A stretch of DNA of 64,000 nt from a virus (lineage: Duplodnaviria; Caudoviricetes). The translations under genes and the position numbers were made by a program. Below the pieces are notes generated by a model. The model made no database searches. It was not told the origin of the DNA and saw only the letters and a list, made by a program, of their open reading frames with translations. Shown one piece after another: positions 19,873 to 28,852 of the stretch (its first letter is position 1; each line of letters begins with the position of its first letter). The DNA lies in IMG/VR virus record IMGVR_UViG_3300037789_000055, positions 14,819 to 78,818 of that record. The stretch is one strand, 5' to 3'.

Positions 19873-20969
19873 TGGGTATGACCGCAAAACAGAGGGCGGT
19901 CTACACAGCCCGTCTAGAGGGTATCACCTGGGATGAAGTTGCCTCTCGCTGTGGTTGCTCCAGGCGCACAGCCCGGGATCTCTATGACAGGGCACTCAAA
20001 CACCTCCCCGCTGGAGATGACATCGCTGTTCTGGAAGCGATGAAACACTTCGGGACTGAGATGGTTCCAGATGATCTCTGGATCAAAGACCAGCGGTACT
20101 CCATGAAGCTGCGGCCGAAGAAGGCTGAGGAGGTCGATTTTCTCGAGAGGGTGACTGAAGCCTTTCAGGAGATCCCCACAGCACCTCCAATCGAAAGCCC
20201 CCAGCACACCCTTGTCGAGATGATGGTGGTCTACCCGCTGTTCGATGCTCACCTTGGGATGAGGGCTCACGCGGCTGTCTCCGGTGAGGAAATGGATCTG
20301 GAGAAGGGAGCTCATCGGATCAAGACGGCGATGAGTAGCGTGATGAACGGGGCTCCAGATGCCTACCGTGCGGTGATCATCAACGGGGGGGATTTCACAC
20401 ACCAGACGGATGACAAGAACCAGACCCGGAAGTCAGGTCATGTGCTGGACGTCGACGGCCGCAACATCATCACAGTCCTGGAAGCGATCGAGGTCATTGC
20501 AGCCTGCATCGAGATGGCGCTGACCAAGCACACTTTCGTCGAGTATTACTCGGTCCCCGGGAACCATGACCCTCAGAACTGGGAGACCATACTGATTGGT
20601 CTCCGGGAGCGGTATCGGGATCACAATCGGGTGCGGATCAACTTCCGCCTGGCGGAGTTCTCGGTTGTGGAACATGGGGAAGTCGCGGTCTTCATCCATC
20701 ATGGAGACAAGCGGACTCCCAAGGATCTGGCGATGTTCTGCGCGGCCGAGTTCCCTGAGGTGTGGGGCAGGACCCGCTACCGGATCGTGATGACGGGTCA
20801 CCTCCATCACATCAAGACCGATGAATTCCCCGGCATCTACTGGATGCAGATGCCAGCTCTAACCGTCCGCGACCAGCATGCCTCCGGCGGATACAACTCC
20901 CATTCCCTCATGATGGCGATCGGGTTCGATCGCATCAGTGAGGCAACCCGAAACACGGTGAAACTATGA
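19872..20969 (+). CDS. HTH plus calcineurin-like metallophosphoesterase, 365 aa
   Basis: N-terminal HTH (ITWDEVASRCGCSRRTAR). Motifs DAHLG, GGDFTH, VPGNHD, HHGD and GHLHH. Confidence 0.8.
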   Translation: MGMTAKQRAVYTARLEGITWDEVASRCGCSRRTARDLYDRALKHLPAGDDIAVLEAMKHFGTEMVPDDLWIKDQRYSMKLRPKKAEEVDFLERVTEAFQEIPTAPPIESPQHTLVEMMVVYPLFDAHLGMRAHAAVSGEEMDLEKGAHRIKTAMSSVMNGAPDAYRAVIINGGDFTHQTDDKNQTRKSGHVLDVDGRNIITVLEAIEVIAACIEMALTKHTFVEYYSVPGNHDPQNWETILIGLRERYRDHNRVRINFRLAEFSVVEHGEVAVFIHHGDKRTPKDLAMFCAAEFPEVWGRTRYRIVMTGHLHHIKTDEFPGIYWMQMPALTVRDQHASGGYNSHSLMMAIGFDRISEATRNTVKL

Positions 20970-21646
20970 CCACTCTGGAGATCCAAACCCGCTTGAAAGA
21001 ACTCGGGTTCTATCACGATACGTTGGACGGGGTCGAAGGTCCGAACACTCGGGCGGCGATCATCGCTTTCAAAACCTCGGTGGGGCTTCAGGCTCGAGCG
21101 TATGTCGGCCCGATCACTCGTCGGGCCCTGAAGCGGGCGGTTGTGCTGCCGTGGATGGCAGAGATCAACAAGGTCCTGGGTCTGCATGAGACGCGAGACA
21201 ACCAAGTGCTGTCCCGCTGGCTACGCTCTGACGGGAGCACTTTGGGGGATCCCTCCCAACTTCCTTGGTGTGGTGATGCTGTCGAGACTGCGGTGAAGCG
21301 AGGCCTCCCCAACGAGGTACTGCCGGCTGTGCTCCAGGAGAACCCCTACTGGGCCCGCAACTGGGCAGAGTTCGGGGTCCTGTCTGGGGAGGTCTATGGC
21401 GCCGTGGTGTCCTTCAAACGGGGATCCGGTGGCCATGTGGCCTTCCTGGTTGGGAAGAACGAGACCGGGACGCTGTTCCGTATCCGTGGTGGAAACCAGT
21501 CCAACATGGTGAACGACGTCTGGATCGATGCCGAGCGGTTGATGCCAAGCGGGACCCGCTGGCCTTCCTCCTACCCCTTGTCGAGGGCGAAGCCGATCCC
21601 GGTCCTGTCTTCGGATGGAGCTGTCATTTCGAGAAACGAGGCCTGA
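20966..21646 (+). CDS. Endolysin: PG-binding domain plus TIGR02594-type (CHAP/NlpC-like) domain
   Basis: IQTRLKELGFY...DGVEGPNTRAAI (PG_binding_1), then PWCG, GHVAF and GGNQSN. Confidence 0.88.
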   Translation: MTTLEIQTRLKELGFYHDTLDGVEGPNTRAAIIAFKTSVGLQARAYVGPITRRALKRAVVLPWMAEINKVLGLHETRDNQVLSRWLRSDGSTLGDPSQLPWCGDAVETAVKRGLPNEVLPAVLQENPYWARNWAEFGVLSGEVYGAVVSFKRGSGGHVAFLVGKNETGTLFRIRGGNQSNMVNDVWIDAERLMPSGTRWPSSYPLSRAKPIPVLSSDGAVISRNEA

Positions 21647-21649
21647 ACC

Positions 21650-21925
21650 ATGATGCGCCTGTTCCGGGAATATGTGATCGGGGGAAAAACGGGTTCACGC
21701 GAGGGAGCCTGGTTTCTCACCATCGTTCTCGTTGTCCTTCCCGTTGCAGCTGTGGTTGTGGGAGAACTGTTCGGACGGGAGATGGGTGTCTCGAGTGGGC
21801 TTCTGATGATACTGTGCCCCGCGGTGCTGACCATTTGGGCGACCTCCCACGGCTTGCAGAAGATGATCGACAGCCGGTTGTTCCGCCACCAACAGACGCC
21901 CTCGAATGAGGCACCCCTCGAATGA
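21650..21925 (+). CDS. Holin candidate (two TM helices), 91 aa
   Basis: Two hydrophobic segments; dual-Met start; directly after the endolysin. Confidence 0.55.
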   Translation: MMRLFREYVIGGKTGSREGAWFLTIVLVVLPVAAVVVGELFGREMGVSSGLLMILCPAVLTIWATSHGLQKMIDSRLFRHQQTPSNEAPLE

Positions 21926-22254
21926 CCCGTGTCCTCCTCCTCCTGTGTCTGCTCTTGACCGGCTGTGGGGCCAACCCCTTGAGCCTGCTTACAGGTGGGG
22001 GCCCCAACGTTGCAGCCAATGTCCAGGCCGGCCGAACGAACGTGCAGACCTTGGGTTCGACTGAGATCATCGAAGCTGAGGTAGTGGAACAGAACGAGGT
22101 CAAGGCTGAGTCGATCGGGCAGCTTGTGGTCAACCAGAGCCCGAAGCCGATTTGGATTGTGGCCTTCCTGGCCTGGACTCTGCTGCTGCTGTACACCCCC
22201 ACCCCCCACCAGATGGGCCAATGGATCAGAGGAAAGTTGCGTGGAACAACTTGA
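21922..22254 (+). CDS. Unimolecular spanin candidate, 110 aa
   Basis: Lipoprotein signal with LTGC lipobox (Cys15), beta-rich middle, and a C-terminal TM helix (PIWIVAFLAWTLLLLY). Confidence 0.7.
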   Translation: MTRVLLLLCLLLTGCGANPLSLLTGGGPNVAANVQAGRTNVQTLGSTEIIEAEVVEQNEVKAESIGQLVVNQSPKPIWIVAFLAWTLLLLYTPTPHQMGQWIRGKLRGTT

Positions 22255-22498
22255 GCTGTTTGATGAGTATCAGGACACCCCGGTCTACGTCCGGATGTCT
22301 ATCACCTACAACCGACTAGGTGTTCCCCACGTCGCCTATCATGCCTTCATCGACATCGCTCCCCACTTCTATACCTCGGAGGCCCTTCTGGAGCGGTATC
22401 TGGATCTGCCAGGGGTGGACATCGACGTCTGGCATGAAGATCCACCAGAGAGCATGGATAAGGCTCCCACCCACTACGGGGGAGGAACCACCCATTGA
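22241..22498 (+). CDS. Hypothetical protein, 85 aa
   Basis: GTG start overlapping the spanin end; last + strand gene before the terminator. Confidence 0.55.
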   Translation: MEQLELFDEYQDTPVYVRMSITYNRLGVPHVAYHAFIDIAPHFYTSEALLERYLDLPGVDIDVWHEDPPESMDKAPTHYGGGTTH

Positions 22499-22660
22499 TG
22501 AGCCCATCCCTCAGGATCTGTCGTGTGTTCTCGAGAGAGAATATCCATGAGAGCCTCTGCAGTCGAGCGTTTCGAGGACGTAGAACATCAAGGTTCTGGG
22601 CTCTGTTCGTCGCTGTGGTAGGTGTCACCCACTGCGGAAACTCTCACTTCACCTATTGGA

Positions 22661-22687
22661 AAAGGGGCTCCGATGTGGAGCCCCTTT
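22661..22687. terminator. Bidirectional terminator between the convergent late and replication modules
   Basis: AAAGGGGCTCC-GATGT-GGAGCCCCTTT with a T-run on each strand. Confidence 0.85.
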
Positions 22688-22701
22688 CCTGGTTCGTGAG
22701 T

Positions 22702-22950
22702 CTACGAGACTTTCTGTATCGTTGAGTCGATCTTCCTCGCCGACTGTCGTCCCGTGAGCCTCGCAACCTCTTGACCATCCCGGATGAAGAGCAGCGTTGG
22801 GAGGCTCTGGATCCCGTTCAGTCGAACGGCGCCTATGTCCTCTTCGACGTCACATCGCACCAGCTCAAAATCCTCGGTACACTTCTCCAGCTCTGCATCG
22901 AGAGCCTTGCAGGGACTGCACCATTCAGCGCCGAACTTGATGACCCTCAT
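22702..22950 (-). CDS. Thioredoxin
   Basis: FGAEWCSPCK and IQSLPTLLF; adjacent to the RNR genes. Confidence 0.92.
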   Translation of the reverse strand: MRVIKFGAEWCSPCKALDAELEKCTEDFELVRCDVEEDIGAVRLNGIQSLPTLLFIRDGQEVARLTGRQSARKIDSTIQKVS

Positions 22951-23204
22951 TCTGGTACCTCGGTGGCGTAGAAGACTGGCTCGAAGTCGACACTGACGTG
23001 GATCTTACGAACATCCGCTGTGTCATCGACGGCTCGAACCAGAAACTCGGCCCCCTTCTGCATCCACTCCCATCCATCACAATGATACCAAAACCAATCT
23101 GCTGCTAATTGTGCAGCATAGTCATGGTCGAGTCCTTCCCAAATAAGACTATCCTCCCATTCATCCTCATCATCTGCGAGGATCACTTGGTATTTTTCAA
23201 ACAT
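22947..23204 (-). CDS. Hypothetical acidic protein, 85 aa
   Basis: Coupled ORF within the operon. Confidence 0.6.
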   Translation of the reverse strand: MFEKYQVILADDEDEWEDSLIWEGLDHDYAAQLAADWFWYHCDGWEWMQKGAEFLVRAVDDTADVRKIHVSVDFEPVFYATEVPE

Positions 23205-23205
23205 G

Positions 23206-24909
23206 TCAGGCCTCGCAGCTGGAGCAGGTGAGGATGTTCCGGACCAGTTCCTGGGCCGGGTTCGTGGAGCGTTGGTAGTAGAGGCTCTTCACCCCCAGTT
23301 TCCATGCCTCGATCATCAGCTCGTTGACCTGCTTCACCGGGGTCTTCGGGTGGATCATCAGGTTGATCGACTGCATCTGATCAAGCCACTTCTGTCGGCC
23401 GGCGGCTTGCTGGATGATCTCGAGCTGAGAGATCTCCCCGAAGGTCTTGAAGACGTTCTTCTCGTGCTCCGAAAGGAACGGGAGATGCTGAACCGAGCCA
23501 CCGTGTTCAAGGATGGACTGCCAGACGTTCTCGAGCCAGATCCGCTCACCTTCAGGCTGATCCTCCACGGGGGTGGAATAACCGATCTCGACTTCCGCGA
23601 TGGATTGGAGGACCCGCTCCAGGTACGGGTTCTTGTACGTGAACTTCCCTTTGGCCAGGTTCTTCGTGTGGTAGTTGTCCAGGAGGGGCTCGATCGAGGG
23701 CGACACCTGGCCCAGGATGAACGAAGACGACGTCGTGGGGGCAATGGCACAGACGGTGACGTTCCGGCGCCCGTAGCCCTCGAGCAGCGGCGGTTCACCA
23801 TAGAGCTCTGCGAGGAGCTCCGACGCTTGCATCGCCTGTTCAAAGATCGTGCGGTGCATTTCGACATTGAGCATCTTGGCTTCCATGCTCTCGAACGCGA
23901 TCATCTTCGACTGCAGCGCCGAATGATAACCGAGGGTACCGAGACCCAGAGCCCGCTGGTTCACCGCGAAGCGATGTGCCGCCTCCATGTGAGGCACCCC
24001 GGCCGTCTTCCCGATGTACTCCGACATGATCGCGTCCAACAGGAAGATATGGACCTCGACCGCATCCGTGTCTTTCCACTCGTCGTAATAGAGCAGGTTC
24101 ATCGACCCGAGGTCGCAGACATAGCTCTCATCCATCCCCGATGCGAGAGCGATTTCGCTGCAGAGGTTCGAGCCGTTGATCCGCATGCCAAGATCACGAT
24201 AGACATCGGGAGCTTTGTCGTTCACGGTGTCGTCGAAGACAACATAGGGGAAACCGGTCTCGTACCGTTTGCGGATCAACCGTGCCCAGATGTCGCGCTT
24301 CTGGCTGTCACCAGCGATCATGGACTTCATCCAGTCATCCTTGACCGTGACCCCCAGAGACAGCTTCTGGATCGAAGCCCCCTCCTCCCGACACTCCAGG
24401 AACTCCTTGATGTCCATATGGTCAACCGGGAGGTAGGCGGCGAAGTTTCCTCGGCGAACGTTCCCCTGGCTGATGATATCGATCTGGGTCTCGAACAGGT
24501 TCATGAAATGAACCGGGCCGTCGGCGGTTCCACCAGAGCGGATCTTGGACCCCCGAGGACGAATGTCCCCGAAGTAGCCCGAGGTGCCGGCGCCATGCTT
24601 GGTCATCATACCGACCTCGGCAACCTTGGTCATCATGCCCGCGATGTCATCGGGGATGTAGCTGTTGTTGCAACTGATTGGCAGACCCGCTCGGCCGAAG
24701 TTGGACCAGACAGGGGAGGAGAGACTGAACCAGCCGCGGGAGAGGTAGTCGTAGAGACGGTCCCCGTAGTGGGGGAGACCAAGGATGGCCTCAGCGTTGT
24801 CAGCGATGGCGCGGCAGCGCTCCTCGACTGTCTCACCAGGGAGGAGGTACCCTCGGGACATGAAGGTTCTGGTGGCGTCATTGGCCCATGCAAAGGGTTC
24901 TCGTTTCAA
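23206..24909 (-). CDS. nrdA: Class I ribonucleotide reductase alpha subunit (short, no ATP cone), 567 aa
   Basis: SSPVWSN, PISC, SNLCSEI, AIAPTTSSS and a C-terminal CSSCEA redox pair. Confidence 0.95.
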   Translation of the reverse strand: MKREPFAWANDATRTFMSRGYLLPGETVEERCRAIADNAEAILGLPHYGDRLYDYLSRGWFSLSSPVWSNFGRAGLPISCNNSYIPDDIAGMMTKVAEVGMMTKHGAGTSGYFGDIRPRGSKIRSGGTADGPVHFMNLFETQIDIISQGNVRRGNFAAYLPVDHMDIKEFLECREEGASIQKLSLGVTVKDDWMKSMIAGDSQKRDIWARLIRKRYETGFPYVVFDDTVNDKAPDVYRDLGMRINGSNLCSEIALASGMDESYVCDLGSMNLLYYDEWKDTDAVEVHIFLLDAIMSEYIGKTAGVPHMEAAHRFAVNQRALGLGTLGYHSALQSKMIAFESMEAKMLNVEMHRTIFEQAMQASELLAELYGEPPLLEGYGRRNVTVCAIAPTTSSSFILGQVSPSIEPLLDNYHTKNLAKGKFTYKNPYLERVLQSIAEVEIGYSTPVEDQPEGERIWLENVWQSILEHGGSVQHLPFLSEHEKNVFKTFGEISQLEIIQQAAGRQKWLDQMQSINLMIHPKTPVKQVNELMIEAWKLGVKSLYYQRSTNPAQELVRNILTCSSCEA

Positions 24910-25883
24910 AACAGCTCTCCTGCATCAAAGGTTTGGGTTCCCTTGCCATAGTCGACAGGGCGTTTCTGGAAGAAGTCGGTGATCGAAGAGCCGGTGGCTT
25001 CTTCGTCCATCCAACGAGTTTGCTGGAGGTGTTCCGGAAGAGCACAACCCAGACCGATATCGTTGAAGCCAATCTGGTCGAGTGACTTGTCGATCCGGTC
25101 AGCGATGTAGGATTTGAGGATCTCGGCGGAGAGACCTGGGGCCTCATAGCCCTGCATGATCCAACCGATGACCCGACACTCCGCGTGGTACGCCGAGATT
25201 GTCTCCTCGACGATACGGTGTTTCAGCTCCTCATCGAAGAGCTCTGGGTATTCCTCCCGCAGGGTCTGGATGATTTTGATGCCCACCTGGGCATGCAGCT
25301 GCTCTTCGTTTCGGGTGTATTCGACCTGCTGTGCGGTGTCCTTCAGGACATTGCCAAACCGGTTGAAGTGCATGATGATCAGGAACTGGCTGAACAGGCT
25401 CACGTTCTCGACGAAGAGAGTGAAGAGAGTGATGGCGTAGATGTACTGCTTGCGATCGTCTTCATAGGCTCGATCGAGGTATTTCTTCAGATAGATCACC
25501 CGGCCGGCGACCACATCCTGCTTCAGGTTCTCTTCGAAGACGTCGTTCAAGCCCAAGACGTCGAGGAGCTTTTCGTAGGCTTGATTGTGGATGACCTCGT
25601 TCTGGGCCATGACGAAGCCCAAGTCGGTGAGCCCTGGATGGGGTAGGTTATCCCCGAGATTGGCCCAGAATTTCTTCACTGCAATCTCGATCTGCCCAAT
25701 GGCAGAAAGCGTCCTGACCACAACTCCGCGCTGTTCTTCGGTCAGTTCACTGTGGAACTGAGCGTAGTCGCTGCGGAAGTTGAACTCATTTGGGGTCCAG
25801 TGACTGGCCCAGATAGCGTCGATGAAATCCTGTGTCCAAGGGTAGAGATTGGGTTTCCGTGAAACCTGCTCTTGGAACAGCAT
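24906..25883 (-). CDS. nrdB: Class I ribonucleotide reductase beta subunit with class Id-like signature, 325 aa
   Basis: QIEIAVKKFW, EVIHNQAY, ENVSLFSQF, EEQLH and DFFQKRPVDY. Confidence 0.93.
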   Translation of the reverse strand: MLFQEQVSRKPNLYPWTQDFIDAIWASHWTPNEFNFRSDYAQFHSELTEEQRGVVVRTLSAIGQIEIAVKKFWANLGDNLPHPGLTDLGFVMAQNEVIHNQAYEKLLDVLGLNDVFEENLKQDVVAGRVIYLKKYLDRAYEDDRKQYIYAITLFTLFVENVSLFSQFLIIMHFNRFGNVLKDTAQQVEYTRNEEQLHAQVGIKIIQTLREEYPELFDEELKHRIVEETISAYHAECRVIGWIMQGYEAPGLSAEILKSYIADRIDKSLDQIGFNDIGLGCALPEHLQQTRWMDEEATGSSITDFFQKRPVDYGKGTQTFDAGELF

Positions 25884-25905
25884 GTATGTCTCCGATGGTG
25901 GAAGA

Positions 25906-25938
25906 TGAAAGCCCTACGACCAAATCGCAGGGCTTTCA
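25906..25938. promoter_or_regulatory. Hairpin in the nrdB leader
   Basis: TGAAAGCCCT-acga-ccaaa-tcgc-AGGGCTTTCA, ~22 nt upstream of the nrdB start; no strong U-tract. Confidence 0.5.
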
Positions 25939-25969
25939 GGACTATCAGCTTTCAAGTCAAAGGTCATCC

Positions 25970-25986
25970 TTGACTTCCAGAAATCA
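25970..25986. promoter_or_regulatory. Operator-like palindrome, copy 1
   Basis: TTGACTTCCAGAAATCA, a variant of TTGATTTCCGGAAATCAA. Confidence 0.6.
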
Positions 25987-26211
25987 CTGCCAGAGCCAGT
26001 ACCCCCGCTCGTATCGAATGCTCCCGTGCTTTCTGGCAATCTGGAGCAGTCGGTCGGCACACCGACCCGAGACTGCACCAGAGGGTACTCCTGCTCTGAT
26101 CAGCTCATGGCGGAGGTTGGAGTATCGGAACCCTCTCGGATGTCTATGACCTACCGCCTCCCAGGCTTCTTCGATCTGTTCTTCGGTGATCGTGACCCCA
26201 TAGACCTTCAT
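25984..26211 (-). CDS. Hypothetical protein (winged-helix-like), 75 aa
   Basis: GAGGAGG RBS; ADRLLQIARKHGSIRYERGYW resembles a winged-helix wing. Confidence 0.55.
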   Translation of the reverse strand: MKVYGVTITEEQIEEAWEAVGHRHPRGFRYSNLRHELIRAGVPSGAVSGRCADRLLQIARKHGSIRYERGYWLWQ

Positions 26212-26213
26212 GG

Positions 26214-26393
26214 CTACACCTCCTCTGTCAGAGTAAGAAACTCTTCCAGCCCATAGTGGGTCGGAGAACCCCGAAGAAGGTCCTCAGCCTCAAAGATGTA
26301 GTCCCACAAAGCATGAAGTGGCCCAACGGGTTCTGCCCTCTTACGCCAGGAGACGATACGGACTTCTAACTCCGCTCGTTGTTCTGAGGTCAT
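26214..26393 (-). CDS. Hypothetical protein, 59 aa
   Basis: Hand-translated MTSEQRAELEVRIVSW...EEV*; ATGA overlap with the upstream gene. Confidence 0.6.
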   Translation of the reverse strand: MTSEQRAELEVRIVSWRKRAEPVGPLHALWDYIFEAEDLLRGSPTHYGLEEFLTLTEEV

Positions 26394-26569
26394 ACCTGTG
26401 CCCCCTCAACCCGTAGGAAGGCGTTGAGGGCATCAACCCAACCCGCCACCTCTTCCAAGTCCCGTTCGGCGAACTCGAGGGCGTCCTTGGCCTCGTCGAC
26501 AGTCATGTCTTTGAACTCAGAGGCGTACTGGTCGATGATGCAACGATCGATGTCTTCTCCCGTAATCAT
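26390..26569 (-). CDS. Hypothetical acidic protein, 59 aa
   Basis: Hand-translated MITGEDIDRCIIDQY...GAQV*; ATGA overlaps at both ends. Confidence 0.6.
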   Translation of the reverse strand: MITGEDIDRCIIDQYASEFKDMTVDEAKDALEFAERDLEEVAGWVDALNAFLRVEGAQV

Positions 26570-26766
26570 TCTGCACCTACCTGGATCTCGTTGATAGTCA
26601 CCAACTCCATCTCATCCCAGTCACTGTCGAGACCCTCGTCTTCCAGAGCGTTCTTGAGGGCCTCGGGGAGGTCACCCTCTGCTTCCTCCAGATCCTCCGG
26701 AAGAACCTCGATCCGCCGATGAAATTTCACCGTGTAATCCACACGGTACATACCTGCTTCAACCAT
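26566..26766 (-). CDS. Hypothetical acidic protein, ~66 aa
   Basis: Coupled ORF; the true start may be ATG 26751. Confidence 0.55.
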   Translation of the reverse strand: MVEAGMYRVDYTVKFHRRIEVLPEDLEEAEGDLPEALKNALEDEGLDSDWDEMELVTINEIQVGAE

Positions 26767-27292
26767 TGGCCACAGCCTCCATTTCAGCGTCGATGTCCCG
26801 GTTCACGGCCGCTTCCGTTGTGAACTTCTCCCCATAACGGCGGCGCAGCTTCGCGATGTTCGCTTCCATGGCCTCCTCGGGGGTGACGTTCTTGTCTCGG
26901 CAAGCGTTCTCGAGCATCAACAGGACGTTACCCAGCTGCCGGCCGAAGGCGACATCCTCGAAAGGAAGACCATAGAAGCAGGCCCGCTTCACGAGATTGT
27001 TCAGTTCCCCGATCGTGGTGACGAAGATAGGTCCAGGATCTGCTTCGATTTCCTGGGGGTTCTTGGTGGCGATCGACATCAGTTCCTGGAAGGTACACTC
27101 CAGCTCGTCTGCGGCAATGGCCAGATACCAGTAGACGTCTCCGATCTCTTCCTTGTGGTTGAGATCGTCGGTACCGTTGATCAGTTCCAGGAGTTCTGTG
27201 GTGACCCCGAGAGCTGCATGGAGAAGACGAGGACGTTCGACCTTGAAGAGATCCATGCTCTCGGTCTTGATGGCTTCTTGGATGTAGTTCAT
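26759..27292 (-). CDS. mazG: MazG-like nucleotide pyrophosphohydrolase, 177 aa
   Basis: LHAALGVTTELLEL, EEIGDVYWY and NIAKLRRRY. Start set at ATG 27292 (ATGA overlap). Confidence 0.85.
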   Translation of the reverse strand: MNYIQEAIKTESMDLFKVERPRLLHAALGVTTELLELINGTDDLNHKEEIGDVYWYLAIAADELECTFQELMSIATKNPQEIEADPGPIFVTTIGELNNLVKRACFYGLPFEDVAFGRQLGNVLLMLENACRDKNVTPEEAMEANIAKLRRRYGEKFTTEAAVNRDIDAEMEAVANG

Positions 27293-27495
27293 TTTTTCAG
27301 GATCCAGTGAATGAGGTCGATGAGGAGAAGGATGGCGAGGGAGATGTAGCTGAAGGTCCAGCCAAAGGCGTGGAACTCTCGGGAGAATTCCACCCAATCC
27401 AGTCGGTCATACTCAAACCCGAACCAGACCATGAGAACTGTCACCAGAGTGTAGAGGATCGTGGTGACACCAAAGATGATGAGAGAGGTTTTCAT
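27289..27495 (-). CDS. Small membrane protein (2 TM), 68 aa
   Basis: Two hydrophobic helices. Confidence 0.6.
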   Translation of the reverse strand: MKTSLIIFGVTTILYTLVTVLMVWFGFEYDRLDWVEFSREFHAFGWTFSYISLAILLLIDLIHWILKK

Positions 27496-28319
27496 ACTTC
27501 GATCTCCTTTCTGAATTGGCGCCAGCCATGGAGGTTCCCATGGAGTTCAGGCTTGGCCCACCGGCCCCGGCTCCAGAGCTTGTCGGGAGTGGCCTGGTGT
27601 TCGGTCGGCGAGGCGTGTTGGATCTCACCACCCATCAGCTGTTCGAATAGGCGGTAGTCAGCCTCCAGGCTCGGGGTCTGGTTGTCGTGCGTCAGATAAC
27701 TGACCCGAGCACAGCGCGCAGCAGAGACCTGCCTGGCCAGTTCGGTATGCAGCGAGGCCTTTTCCTCCTCCGACAGATATGGCAGGTGCCACTCGCCGGG
27801 CATCAAGTCTTTCGGCTTGTTTTCATCGAATTCAACCCTCATGGCTTGAGCCAGAGCTTTGATCGTCGGATCGGCATCCTCGTGATCCCGCAGCTTGAAC
27901 CAGTTGCTGAAATCGGTCGAGGTCACCACGACGGAGATGTGGCTCCACGGTTCGATCACGCGGTTCGCGATCTGTTTGTGGACACCACTCTTGGCGAGAA
28001 GGTAGGCGAAACCGGCCGCGGTCCAGCCGGCGGTGCGCCACAGGCGCCGGGCAATCCAGCGGCGGAAGCCGGTGAGGTTCTTCCCGGCCTGCATCCCAGG
28101 TTTGTTCCGGCCCCATGCAACGGGCTCCGCCATATCAGCGACGGTGTTCCGGATCATCCTCATGATCGGGATCGCCCGGCTCGAGGAGGCGTTGCGGGAG
28201 AACACCCGGTGGGTCATCAGTTCCGAGTGGATAAACCGAGGGTATCGCAGCTGGAAGGTGGTCAGACGGATCCCCTCAGGGGAGAGGCTGTCTTCGAGGA
28301 CGGTGGCAGTAATGGTCAT
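27492..28319 (-). CDS. thyX: FAD-dependent thymidylate synthase
   Basis: RFIHSELMTHRVFSRNASSSRAIP (ThyX motif), SAARCARVSY and HASPTEH. Confidence 0.92.
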   Translation of the reverse strand: MTITATVLEDSLSPEGIRLTTFQLRYPRFIHSELMTHRVFSRNASSSRAIPIMRMIRNTVADMAEPVAWGRNKPGMQAGKNLTGFRRWIARRLWRTAGWTAAGFAYLLAKSGVHKQIANRVIEPWSHISVVVTSTDFSNWFKLRDHEDADPTIKALAQAMRVEFDENKPKDLMPGEWHLPYLSEEEKASLHTELARQVSAARCARVSYLTHDNQTPSLEADYRLFEQLMGGEIQHASPTEHQATPDKLWSRGRWAKPELHGNLHGWRQFRKEIEV

Positions 28320-28849
28320 GTGGAGAGTTCCTTGACGTATTGTCTGGTCTTGTCCTGGAGCTGTCGGACGGACCCGATGTTGTTGAAGGTGGTGTCGACC
28401 TGAATGGACAACATTTCGGTTTCGGACTGATGGGTGTCCCCATGGTCATTCTGCGGACGCTCGACCCGAACCAGATGCCCCCCCATATCCCGGAGAGCCT
28501 CCACCTCGTGGTGAAACCGGACGTCGGTACAGACGATCGGACCAACTGTATTCCCCACAGCTGTCTGCCAAAGGTTGGTCCAGAGGCGCCGATCGATCAT
28601 GTCTCGCCACTCGGTCCCGAGGGTCTGCATGGCGAAGCGAGGGGTCTTGCCGCAGAGGATGTCACAAGGGACTTCCTTGAGGTCGCCCTCGATCTTCCGT
28701 TCGATGGTCTCTTCGTCGACCCCCGCACAGCGGTAGAGTGTCCGCAGCATTTCCTTGAGAGGGCCAGCGAACTTGAGGTTGGTGAACCCAAGAGCCTCAG
28801 CCATTGTGTCCTTGCCGGAGCCCTTGGCGCCGGTGATACCGATAATCAT
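28316..28849 (-). CDS. Deoxynucleoside monophosphate kinase
   Basis: IIGITGAKGSGKDT P-loop, FAGPLK, PRFAMQTLGTE, TDVRFHHE and HQSE. Confidence 0.9.
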   Translation of the reverse strand: MIIGITGAKGSGKDTMAEALGFTNLKFAGPLKEMLRTLYRCAGVDEETIERKIEGDLKEVPCDILCGKTPRFAMQTLGTEWRDMIDRRLWTNLWQTAVGNTVGPIVCTDVRFHHEVEALRDMGGHLVRVERPQNDHGDTHQSETEMLSIQVDTTFNNIGSVRQLQDKTRQYVKELST

Positions 28850-28852
28850 TGA

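Noticed and set aside
22495-22725. 76-aa ORF after the lysis cassette
   Set aside because: It runs through the strong bidirectional terminator and overlaps the thioredoxin antisense; probably spurious.
23203-24951. 582-aa + strand ORF
   Set aside because: Exact antisense shadow of nrdA. It has no recognisable motif and is a typical artefact of high-GC3 codon use.
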